Virus record (IMG/VR): IMGVR_UViG_3300042902_000064
Span: 1 to 64,000 of that record
DNA from: a virus
Direction: 5' to 3' (one strand)
Length of the DNA: 64,000 nt
Shown: in pieces, positions 37,719 to 46,492 of the stretch
Layout of the letters: every line of letters begins with the position of its first letter
How positions within the stretch are numbered: the stretch's first letter is position 1
Position numbers and translations under genes: made by a program
The notes under the pieces: model-generated
Database searches by the model: none
Seen by the model: only the letters and a program-made list of their open reading frames with translations
What the model was told of the DNA's origin: nothing

Positions 37719-38893
37719 TATAAATTCTCTCTAGTTCTGATTTGTTTTTTGTCCATAACACCTTTAGCTATTTCTTGGTTCAGCAGGTCTCTAATAGCCC
37801 TACCAACAAGAAGTCCAGGATCTCTTCCTCTAGATCTCCAAGGGTCTTTACCTCTCCCCCCTTGAGATACATCCTCAAAAACCTGGTAAGGACTTTCTTG
37901 AAAGTTATAGTATGCGGTTATACTTTTGGCACTTAAGGATAGTCCTGTAACTACTACACTATTTGCAAATCTCCCACTTTGAAACCTTAAATATCTACTA
38001 CTTGAAGGCTCTGATGAGTGGTGCATTCTATTAGCTACGGCATCTGATATATTATCATTTAAGGCAGCTAATATAATACCTAAACTAGCAGCACCTTCTT
38101 TCATTTCTCTAGGTTTAAAATCGCCTGACTTAGCTAACTCTCTTGATATGTGCACTTCTGATACTGTTGGGAATGTCTTAGAGATACTCTTAGCAGATTT
38201 AGAAGTAGCATTGGGGTACTTCTCAGACATAAAGTCTAACATATCAGAAAGGTCTTTGGCTATAGTGGCTGAGGGGCTGCCCTTATCGCTTGCTGCCATT
38301 TTCTTTAATAGGTTAGTTTCTAGGGTTTTAAAGCCTGCTTTATAAGCTTTACTATCTGGTATAACCACAGATACGTTAGTTGAAAACTTAGATAATTGTT
38401 TAGTTAAGGCTAATACATACCCAGTTGTTATTTGATATTTAGAAACTACCTCTAATGCAACCTTTCCTGCATCTACAACAGTATGCGGTTTAGCATCTTT
38501 TGCTGGTCTTCCTGGCCTACTTACTGCCTTAGCTTGTAAGCTGTCCAATACTCTAGACAGTCTTAAGGTTGCTTTAGCTTTGCTAGTTGCTACAATAACT
38601 ATATCATCATTTCGTTTGTGGTATAGATGCTCGCCAGGCCCTATACTGCCCAGTAGTTCAGCATTTATTCTCTGGATAGAGCCTAAAGGCCTGCCAACAG
38701 AGCCTCCTAAGTTTTTTAAAACTACATCGCTATGAAGCTTTCTAAATATTATGCTCCCTGCCGACTCTCCTAGACTGTGTATTAAATCCTTTTTAGATAA
38801 AGAAAGTACATACAGCCCTTTTACGGTCTCCGCTGCACTTAAGTCTAGGGCATTTTCTACCCCATCCTCTATACCTTTTATAAACTTACTCAT
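37718..38893 (-). CDS. putative neck / head-completion protein
   Basis: Assigned from position only (between the connector and tail terminator genes). Confidence 0.3.
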   Translation of the reverse strand: MSKFIKGIEDGVENALDLSAAETVKGLYVLSLSKKDLIHSLGESAGSIIFRKLHSDVVLKNLGGSVGRPLGSIQRINAELLGSIGPGEHLYHKRNDDIVIVATSKAKATLRLSRVLDSLQAKAVSRPGRPAKDAKPHTVVDAGKVALEVVSKYQITTGYVLALTKQLSKFSTNVSVVIPDSKAYKAGFKTLETNLLKKMAASDKGSPSATIAKDLSDMLDFMSEKYPNATSKSAKSISKTFPTVSEVHISRELAKSGDFKPREMKEGAASLGIILAALNDNISDAVANRMHHSSEPSSSRYLRFQSGRFANSVVVTGLSLSAKSITAYYNFQESPYQVFEDVSQGGRGKDPWRSRGRDPGLLVGRAIRDLLNQEIAKGVMDKKQIRTRENL

Positions 38894-39462
38894 TAGTATA
38901 TAATTCTATATAAGTCCATAACTCTTTTAATATGTGGTGGTAGTGTTTTAGCTGTTGAACCCACTATCTCACCAACCATTCTCATAGTCTTTTTAGGAGT
39001 GTATTCTTCATTCTTGTAATAGTCTACCAAGTCTAGGCAGGCTATCTTTAAATCTTCTGGGGCTACTTCATAGCCTCCGGCATATACTACTTTTAAACTA
39101 TGATGTGCATAGCCTGCAGAAAAGAATGAACCTGTTACTGTCTGAACAGTACCTTCCTCTAAATCTACAAAGTAATCTGTATTTTCTACTAAAGCAGTCT
39201 CTGTTACTCCTCCATCTGAGGATACAGATACAGAAACTATAGTTGTTATAGGTATTTCATCCAGGTATACTAAGTCAGTACTAGTGCCATCGAAGTATAC
39301 TGTTAAATCTGCTCCAGAGTAGTGGTCTACAAAGGATCTATTACAGTAGTTTTTTACTAAAGAATTTACAGCAGACACTATGTATCTTATTTGGTCATCT
39401 TTCTCTGTACTGTTTATGCCTTTATAAGTCTTATACTCATCTAGGGTTACTAATTCTGCCAT
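38893..39462 (-). CDS. head-tail connector (gp6-like adaptor)
   Basis: The N-terminus MAELVTLDEYKTYKGI....DDQIRYIVSAVNSLVKNYCNRSF is typical of head-tail connector proteins. The position fits. Confidence 0.55.
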   Translation of the reverse strand: MAELVTLDEYKTYKGINSTEKDDQIRYIVSAVNSLVKNYCNRSFVDHYSGADLTVYFDGTSTDLVYLDEIPITTIVSVSVSSDGGVTETALVENTDYFVDLEEGTVQTVTGSFFSAGYAHHSLKVVYAGGYEVAPEDLKIACLDLVDYYKNEEYTPKKTMRMVGEIVGSTAKTLPPHIKRVMDLYRIIY

Positions 39463-39465
39463 TTT

Positions 39466-40110
39466 TTAAGGCTCCCATTTATTGCTTTTACTTAAGTTTT
39501 CGGTAACAGTTATTACTTGCACATTGGCTGCACAATGTAGTCCAGAAACTAGCTTACCTTGCAAGGGGACTATATGATCTACGTGATGTTTGATGCCTGT
39601 TTGTTCTTCTAGGTATATTGCTTGAGCATATGATTCTGTTATTATAAAATCATCCCACCAACTAAACCAGCTAGGTATTGCTTGTATTTTTGCTGCTCTA
39701 TACTTTGAACTTATTGCGTTGCACTTGTCTCTGTTCTCTAGCCGCCACCGCTTATTCTGCTCAGCTATAGCTGCCTTATTATCTTCTCTGTACTGCTTTT
39801 GGTACTCAGCTACGGATTCTTTATTGTCCTCATTCCACTGCTTATTCCTTAAGTCTATGCTCTCTTTATTAGCTTGATAATGTTGGGCTTTATATGTTGC
39901 TATAGACTCTTTATTCTCTAGCCTAAATTGCTTTTGGTACTCTAGTTTAGTTTCCGGATTTTTTTGATACCTTTCCCTATCCTTAGCATTAATACATACT
40001 TTACACTTACCTGTTCGCCCATCTATATTCTTAGAAGCCTTTCTGAACTCTTCTAAAGATTTAGTCTCTTTACACTCTTTACATTCTTTCTTTTCAATAT
40101 GTTCAATCAT
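39466..40110 (-). CDS. HNH homing-type endonuclease (copy 1)
   Basis: N-terminal CxxC...CxxC, internal NKE(S/A)I repeats, C-terminal HHVDHIVPLQG..VSGLH...N....EN..K HNH core. Paralogue of 52202-52804. Confidence 0.8.
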   Translation of the reverse strand: MIEHIEKKECKECKETKSLEEFRKASKNIDGRTGKCKVCINAKDRERYQKNPETKLEYQKQFRLENKESIATYKAQHYQANKESIDLRNKQWNEDNKESVAEYQKQYREDNKAAIAEQNKRWRLENRDKCNAISSKYRAAKIQAIPSWFSWWDDFIITESYAQAIYLEEQTGIKHHVDHIVPLQGKLVSGLHCAANVQVITVTENLSKSNKWEP

Positions 40111-40137
40111 TTGTTTTCCCTACCTTTAAAAATATTG

Positions 40138-40165
40138 AAAAAAAAGGGGGACCTTACAGCCCCCC
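40138..40165 (-). terminator. rho-independent terminator after the capsid gene
   Basis: On the - strand: GGGGGG-loop-CCCCC followed by T8. Confidence 0.7.
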
Positions 40166-40190
40166 ATTCTCTTATCTTACTAAATACTAA

Positions 40191-42125
40191 CTACACTGCG
40201 TAGTTTAACACTGAAGCACCAACACTACCGATGATAGGTATGAACCCCATTCTACGAGAAGCAACTAATACATTTCTCTGAAATTCAATATTTTTATCGC
40301 GTTCCATCATTAAACCACGTAATTCACCTTTGATGAAGTTTGCAGTATTAACCGCCACAGCTGCTGCATTACCTGAAGCAATTGCAGCGAACTCACCAGA
40401 AACAATAACGGCAGAACCATTAATTGAACCAACTTGACCAGTTAAGATAGTAGCATTAGGCATACCAACTTTATCTACAGTACGGAAATCCGCATCTTCG
40501 ATTAAGTCGTAGTATACTTCAGCACTAACAACATACATAACGTCTGAAGGATTAAGACCACGAATACCTAAACCACGACGAACTGTTTGCATGATTGCTG
40601 CAGTTGCTTTATCACCGCCACCAATAGATAGTGTAGTAACAGCATCACCACCAGCATCTGTTGCTAGTTTGCAGATACCTTTGATTGGGTCTGATGCGCC
40701 AGACCCTAAACCACGAAGAATCGCTTGGTCAGATGATTTAGCCATTCTGCGAGTAACTGCATCTTGGATAATAGGAAGTAAAGGAATGATTGAATCTTCT
40801 TCTTCTTCATAACCTAAGTACTCTTTAGCAGCTAGTTTATAAGCTGTTAATGTAGTATCAGTGATGTCATGTTCAGCAGCAGTACCAGTAGAAGCAGCAG
40901 TTTCGTTATATGCTGCTGAACCAATCCATTGACCGTAGCCAGCTTCAGGGTTAATTGGTAAGTGCATTTTGTTGCTTGACATTGCGATGTTACGGAACAA
41001 AGGCTCAACAACTAACTGTCTACGGATATCCGCTAACAATGTTGTAGAGAATTGTTGTTCCCAATCTTGTGTTAATGCTGAGTGATGGTCTGAAGGTGCT
41101 TTTTCTAAAAGTCTGCCTGCATAGGCTGTAGCCATTGCAGATTTACCTAGAATTTTACCTAATAGAACAGCGCTATTAGCGTCAACGCGTGCAATTTCTA
41201 CGCTTGATTTTTCTTCAAACTGCATTTTGCTTTTTTGCATAGCAATAACTTCGTTTGATTTTTCTTTTAATTCAGCACGTAAACCTGTAAGGGTTTCGTC
41301 TAAACCTTTTTCATTGTCTTCGAAACGTTTTGTTAAGTCAGCAATTAACTTCTCTACGCCCGAATCTCCAACAACAATTGTTGCTGCTGCTTTATCTGCT
41401 GCTGCTTTTTCTGTAACTTCTAAAGCTTTAGCAGCGATAGTAGCATCAGCGATGCCTTTTGCGATTGCTGCTTGAATTTCTTCTGGTGTCATTTGTATCT
41501 CCGATATTTTTGTTTTTGTGGATTTCGTATTTTCTGTTTCTGATACAATTGTACCTTTTTCAGCAGCTACGTTTTCCGGTTTAGTTAGGTTATCAGACTG
41601 CTCCTCTTTAGGAGAGAAGTCCTTTTTGAACTCGCTGCATTCTGCCGCCGAATCAAACTGTTTTGAAACACTAAAAGTACTATGTTGGTTAGCAGGTACG
41701 CTTACAACAGACACTTCCATTAGTTCCAAATCTTTAATTACGAAAATATCAGTCATACTATCGTAATCAGCATCTTTAACCATAAAGCCTACACTGAAGC
41801 TTTTTAAGATACCTTCTTTAATCAAACTATACATATCACCAGCAGCTTTACTAATTTCCGCTGTAATAAATAATCCCTTAGAGCTAACTGTATGGCTAAC
41901 CATTTTACCAATAGGTTTATCATGTTTGTGATAGCCTAGGATAATTGGGTTGTTTAAGTAGTCTGAAAGTCCGCCTTTAGACCAAGCTTCTTCTAATATT
42001 ACGTCGCCACTTCTATCTTTATCAGTAGTATTAGCCCAACCTGAGATAGTTAATGTTTCGTTATCTCCCTCAGCTTTTTCAGTAATGGCGAAGTTAGACG
42101 TTAGCTTTAATAGCTTTTTTGTCAT
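40191..42125 (-). CDS. prohead protease - scaffold (delta) - HK97-fold major capsid protein in one ORF
   Basis: The N-terminal ~170 aa looks like an HK97-type prohead protease (DRSGDVI, GYHKHD.PIG, FSVGF, EVSVVSVPAN). An Ala/Glu/Lys-rich coiled middle follows. The C-terminal ~300 aa is HK97-like capsid sequence. Confidence 0.75.
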   Translation of the reverse strand: MTKKLLKLTSNFAITEKAEGDNETLTISGWANTTDKDRSGDVILEEAWSKGGLSDYLNNPIILGYHKHDKPIGKMVSHTVSSKGLFITAEISKAAGDMYSLIKEGILKSFSVGFMVKDADYDSMTDIFVIKDLELMEVSVVSVPANQHSTFSVSKQFDSAAECSEFKKDFSPKEEQSDNLTKPENVAAEKGTIVSETENTKSTKTKISEIQMTPEEIQAAIAKGIADATIAAKALEVTEKAAADKAAATIVVGDSGVEKLIADLTKRFEDNEKGLDETLTGLRAELKEKSNEVIAMQKSKMQFEEKSSVEIARVDANSAVLLGKILGKSAMATAYAGRLLEKAPSDHHSALTQDWEQQFSTTLLADIRRQLVVEPLFRNIAMSSNKMHLPINPEAGYGQWIGSAAYNETAASTGTAAEHDITDTTLTAYKLAAKEYLGYEEEEDSIIPLLPIIQDAVTRRMAKSSDQAILRGLGSGASDPIKGICKLATDAGGDAVTTLSIGGGDKATAAIMQTVRRGLGIRGLNPSDVMYVVSAEVYYDLIEDADFRTVDKVGMPNATILTGQVGSINGSAVIVSGEFAAIASGNAAAVAVNTANFIKGELRGLMMERDKNIEFQRNVLVASRRMGFIPIIGSVGASVLNYAV

Positions 42126-42128
42126 ATT

Positions 42129-43319
42129 TTAATTCTCCGGTTTATGTGTTGGCGCTCCACCTTGTGTTGGATCTACCGCACTTCCGGCTATATTAGCTGG
42201 CAGTACTAGTTCGTCCGCAAAAGGTTGATCGCTTGCTTCTAGTCTTAGCTTTTCTCTGGCTTCGTTTCTTGTGATAATTCCAGCATTTACTAAAGAAGTA
42301 TAGTATGCTGATTCATCTCGAAGGTCAGGTCTTAGCGCTAGAATATTCTGGTATACAGGTTTTAAGTCATAACCGAAGAAACTTTCCAATGCCTGTGTTA
42401 GCTTTATTACTAAAGGTATTACAGTGTTTGTGTAGAATAGTTTTTGGTTTGGGCTTATGTTAGCATTATTACCAGCATCTAAAAGGATTGGCGGAACGCC
42501 GATAGCCTTTAAAATCTTTCGCTCTTGTGTATCTATCGAGTCTTGGAAGTCTAGTTCCTGGAAGTTACTAGTACCTAGATTTTGTATATCGAACTCACCG
42601 TCTAGTATAATAGGTCTACGTCCACCACTAGTTGGGTTATACAGTCTTGACCAGTCTGCTCTAACTCTGTCTTTTATTTTCTTTGATAAAACATTAGGGG
42701 TTTTAAGTACTAAACCTGGCACAGTTCCGTTCCTGAAGAAGTTTTCTTGAAAGGTACTCATGTTTTGGAGAATTCTTAAGCTAGAGTTAGCAGAGATTAA
42801 TCTAGAGGTTCCTCTATATATAGAGGTAGAACTATTATCTCTTATGTGTATTATTTCATTAGCATTATATGTAATGCTTCCAAACTTGTAGCCCTTTATA
42901 AAGCTTATCTTATCGGTTAAGATCTCCATCTTGTTAGCCGATATATTATAAAGGTGCGCGCCATCCCAGTATATAAACGCATTTCCTTCAAGTAAGATAT
43001 CTATGTAGATATTGCGCTTGAACACGTCTGCGTTAGTATAAGGGTTTGGTTTAAAGTTTAGTAGTTTTTCTAGTTTGGCAGGTCTTACATTGCTATCTGT
43101 AGTAGCTATACCGTGCACCTTACTAGCATTTAAATCCATTGTTATTTCAGCTGCTGCATCTACTGTTAAGTTAATGCCCCTATTTACAACTTCAATTTGC
43201 TGATATGCGGTTTGGTATGTGATAGGGTTAATAGTAGATTGTACTACATCCCCTTCCATCAGTGCCACTTCAGCCTGCGCAGGATTTAACTTTTCACGTA
43301 GGTTATCAATCCAGCCCAT
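42129..43319 (-). CDS. portal protein (HK97-type)
   Basis: 396 aa, immediately upstream of the protease/capsid gene. The sequence has a typical portal character (NAFIYWDG, ILLDAGN). Confidence 0.7.
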   Translation of the reverse strand: MGWIDNLREKLNPAQAEVALMEGDVVQSTINPITYQTAYQQIEVVNRGINLTVDAAAEITMDLNASKVHGIATTDSNVRPAKLEKLLNFKPNPYTNADVFKRNIYIDILLEGNAFIYWDGAHLYNISANKMEILTDKISFIKGYKFGSITYNANEIIHIRDNSSTSIYRGTSRLISANSSLRILQNMSTFQENFFRNGTVPGLVLKTPNVLSKKIKDRVRADWSRLYNPTSGGRRPIILDGEFDIQNLGTSNFQELDFQDSIDTQERKILKAIGVPPILLDAGNNANISPNQKLFYTNTVIPLVIKLTQALESFFGYDLKPVYQNILALRPDLRDESAYYTSLVNAGIITRNEAREKLRLEASDQPFADELVLPANIAGSAVDPTQGGAPTHKPEN

Positions 43320-43713
43320 ATTGTTTATCTCTCTGTTTCCGCACCCAGCGTTTTTGTTTAGGTGCAGTTATTAATGCAGGTGCTTTACCATATATTTTAT
43401 GCAAGCCCTTACCAGTGCCTTCGCCTATGCCTGTATGGTGAAACTTACACAAGGTGCAGGTTTCTTCTGGAGACACTAGGATATCTTTATGTTCTTCTAT
43501 AAAGATATCTCTTACATGTTCAATCTGCTCCACTGTATCTACTGCAAGGCCGTTAGCTTTGAGCCACTTAACCAGCAGTAGAGAAAGCGTGTGAAAATGA
43601 TGAAATTCAAGATTTTCCAAGCTACCACATATGAAGCACTCAGTACCTTTAGGGTACTGGCTTTTGATTTTGTCTCTGATATACTTTATAGGGAACCGCT
43701 TCAAGCTAGTCAT
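43306..43713 (-). CDS. small Cys/His-rich HNH-like protein
   Basis: CFICGSLENLEFHHFH and CTLCKFHH motifs. I place the start at ATG 43713, with an AAGGAG SD, downstream of the promoter at 43751-43779. Confidence 0.45.
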   Translation of the reverse strand: MTSLKRFPIKYIRDKIKSQYPKGTECFICGSLENLEFHHFHTLSLLLVKWLKANGLAVDTVEQIEHVRDIFIEEHKDILVSPEETCTLCKFHHTGIGEGTGKGLHKIYGKAPALITAPKQKRWVRKQRDKQYGLD

Positions 43714-43750
43714 ACAGGTACTCCTTGAAAATTTTTCCACTCTTCAGAAT

Positions 43751-43779
43751 ATTATACTCAATATTATCAGACTTGTCAA
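43751..43779 (-). promoter_or_regulatory. perfect sigma-70 consensus promoter (TTGACA-17-TATAAT)
   Basis: On the - strand: TTGACA (43779-43774), 17-nt spacer, TATAAT (43756-43751). Confidence 0.75.
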
Positions 43780-43817
43780 CTCTGAATTTATAATTTAAGC
43801 AGGCACATAGAGTATAT

Positions 43818-44198
43818 TTAACCTCTTGGCCCATGTAGAAAAAATTGCTGTGCCGCGTACCATAAAGCAGTCCCTAATAGTCCGAGAGTCCCCATTATAC
43901 CTGTAGTAGCTATTTTTTCCTTCATACTCCTCCAAAAATCTATAGAGTTCTGTCTCTCCTCTAGTAGTATTGTTTGCTTAGAGTGTACTTCGTGTATTAA
44001 AGCTGCTAGACTTCTTATCTCCTTCAAAGTGGCTTTATCTTCTATAGTATGCTTTTGGTAGTTTACTATATGCTTAGCCATTCTAGTGCCCCTTAAGGTA
44101 GCTTCTGTTTCGACTGCCGCTACCTTCTCTAGTATGTTTTCCTGTGTTTGTATGAGGCAGCTAAGTTTAGCCTCTACGCTCTCTGCTTCTAAACTCAC
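43818..44198 (-). CDS. hypothetical protein with coiled N-terminus and C-terminal transmembrane segment
   Basis: C-terminal TTGIMGTLGLLGTALWYAAQQFF is hydrophobic. Confidence 0.45.
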   Translation of the reverse strand: MSLEAESVEAKLSCLIQTQENILEKVAAVETEATLRGTRMAKHIVNYQKHTIEDKATLKEIRSLAALIHEVHSKQTILLEERQNSIDFWRSMKEKIATTGIMGTLGLLGTALWYAAQQFFLHGPRG

Positions 44199-44839
44199 TA
44201 TTTAAGTCCTATAAATTTTGATACGGTTAGCATTTTTTTCTTAATAAACTCGCCAAAGGATCCTACTACTGGAGTGGCGGGCATTGGTTCTGCTAACATA
44301 GCTGCCGCTATTTCTTGTTCTGTAGGGATAGACATTAGCTTAGCTACTTGTTCCGGTGTTAAGGAAGCAGATTCTGTAAGTGTTCTAGCTACTGCGGTCC
44401 ATACGGCAGCTGCCGTTTCCTCTGGTGTTGCTGCAGTACCTGTTACTATATTCTGAACAGTAGTTGCACTATTAACTAGCGCAGACACTGTAGCAGGAAA
44501 TAAAGGCTTACCTTCTGATGACCAATAAGGAGTAGCGTAATCATCTGAATACAGTACACCACTGACCGCTACTACTGCTGGATCGTATACAAGTTTCCAT
44601 CCATTCGATGTGAAGAAGGTTAAGCCCGTTTCACCTCCCGGTATTAAGTCAGCACCTGATACACGCATAGCTTGTACTGCCCAAGGTGAACGCTGTACCC
44701 AACGTACCCACGCCGAATACACATCACTTCGTATATCCAACGAGGCTACATCTGGGTGAACAATGATGCGTTTATTAATCCCATCAAACTCTACTTTCTC
44801 ATAGAGTAACCACTCTGTTTGCCAGTAGTTGTGAATCAC
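44198..44839 (-). CDS. hypothetical protein
   Basis: ORF in the track; start/stop overlaps with both neighbours. Confidence 0.5.
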   Translation of the reverse strand: MIHNYWQTEWLLYEKVEFDGINKRIIVHPDVASLDIRSDVYSAWVRWVQRSPWAVQAMRVSGADLIPGGETGLTFFTSNGWKLVYDPAVVAVSGVLYSDDYATPYWSSEGKPLFPATVSALVNSATTVQNIVTGTAATPEETAAAVWTAVARTLTESASLTPEQVAKLMSIPTEQEIAAAMLAEPMPATPVVGSFGEFIKKKMLTVSKFIGLK

Positions 44840-46443
44840 TATCTCACCTCTTTCCAGTATTTGGTGTAGAACAAACTTGCTGAAGGGGTACCTACATCAT
44901 CAGGCTCTTTAAGAACCCTGGCAGCAAATATAAACTCAGCTTGAGTTACACCATCAGCAGGTAAACCAAATGATTTTTCAACTCTATCACCTAAATTAAA
45001 TCGATCAGCACTATTAGGACCAACAATAAATGATTCAATTGGTTTATCTGTTTTCGGTATCGTAATAGAACCAGTTCTATCTACCTGAAGCATTGAACCA
45101 GCAACGATAGTGTCTGACCATACAGCATCAGTCATAAATCCGGGACTCTTAACAAAGATACATATATGCAAATGAGCATTACCTATAGAAGCCCAATCAA
45201 ACGTTTCATGAAAACCAATAATGCGATTAGGTTTACCGTTAATTAACAACTTAGGTCTAAATGATAAGAATGGTACGTATTGTGTGCTATCAGTAAACTT
45301 AATAGGGTCTTCAGGTGATGTATGAAGTAAAACACCAGTGTACTCTACGTCAGCACTTTCAGTAAATACGACACCACAAGATGCTCTCATTTCAGAGGTT
45401 GATCCGGCTACACCAAAGTTTTCTTGATTCCATCGTAGAGGTAAGTTAGCAGACCTCATATAAGTTACGTTTAAAGCATTAGCATTTTGTTGTTCATGAC
45501 ATACGATTCTGCGTCTATCAGGAGTGATAACACCAAACCTAACGCCACCAACACCTAACCATTCTAAATCTATCCAGAATAGGTTAGCCTTGCTCACGTT
45601 TAGTAAGAAATCAGATGATACAGCGTTATCCAGTGTATTCTTATTCCAGTCTGATTGATTAATAACAGTATCAACAACAGAACCAGATGTGTCGGAACGC
45701 TGAACAGCCTGTAGCTGAGTTCCTTCAAGTCTAAAGAAAACACCATTTAACTGATCGTTATAACCCCATTCACGTCTTACGTTATCCTTACCTTCATCAC
45801 TAAGCACAATACTGAATATAGCAAGCTGTGATGTTCCAGGTTTATATGGATGGTATTGGTTTGTTGTTCTGGCTACTCTAGCGCCTGAATCTGTACCAGT
45901 AGAGTAAACCATCATTGAGATATTAGCATCGTGAACAATAGCACCACTGCCAGCAGTATCAGTCCAGAATCTACTAGGTTGATCTTCACCGATATGGTAA
46001 TACTCACCAACAGCAATCATTTGTGACATCTGCATACGACCAAATGCATCAAACTGTGGCGTACCTTCTGGGAATGTAGCGAAAGCTGCTCCATTCTTAT
46101 CTACCTTCTGAATATACTGAGGTTGATCAGGGTCAGTTACATGAACAGCTGGTGTATAAATTTCACCACTACTTTCAACAACTGTTGCAAAGTCTGTTAC
46201 ACCATCCCAAAGTATTTCACCAACAGTAAACGCACCAGTAGTTAAGTGAATATAGTAGATAATGTTACTTGAACGAATATCAGCGCGAAACTCGCCTGAC
46301 GCACCGGAGGTTTTACCGAGGATAGGGTCACCTACCGAAGGTTGGCTTGTTTCTGACGTTACGACAACATCAGTCAAACGCTCATGACGTAGTTTCTTAC
46401 CTGTGCTATCTGGTGGTATTTGTATTGAGTGTGTTGTTGACAT
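44839..46443 (-). CDS. hypothetical large protein (beta-rich, possibly structural)
   Basis: 534-aa ORF. No motif I can name. Confidence 0.5.
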   Translation of the reverse strand: MSTTHSIQIPPDSTGKKLRHERLTDVVVTSETSQPSVGDPILGKTSGASGEFRADIRSSNIIYYIHLTTGAFTVGEILWDGVTDFATVVESSGEIYTPAVHVTDPDQPQYIQKVDKNGAAFATFPEGTPQFDAFGRMQMSQMIAVGEYYHIGEDQPSRFWTDTAGSGAIVHDANISMMVYSTGTDSGARVARTTNQYHPYKPGTSQLAIFSIVLSDEGKDNVRREWGYNDQLNGVFFRLEGTQLQAVQRSDTSGSVVDTVINQSDWNKNTLDNAVSSDFLLNVSKANLFWIDLEWLGVGGVRFGVITPDRRRIVCHEQQNANALNVTYMRSANLPLRWNQENFGVAGSTSEMRASCGVVFTESADVEYTGVLLHTSPEDPIKFTDSTQYVPFLSFRPKLLINGKPNRIIGFHETFDWASIGNAHLHICIFVKSPGFMTDAVWSDTIVAGSMLQVDRTGSITIPKTDKPIESFIVGPNSADRFNLGDRVEKSFGLPADGVTQAEFIFAARVLKEPDDVGTPSASLFYTKYWKEVR

Positions 46444-46492
46444 TTATTTCCCCATAGAGATAAGGGGTTTGCACCCCTTATCACAATTATTA

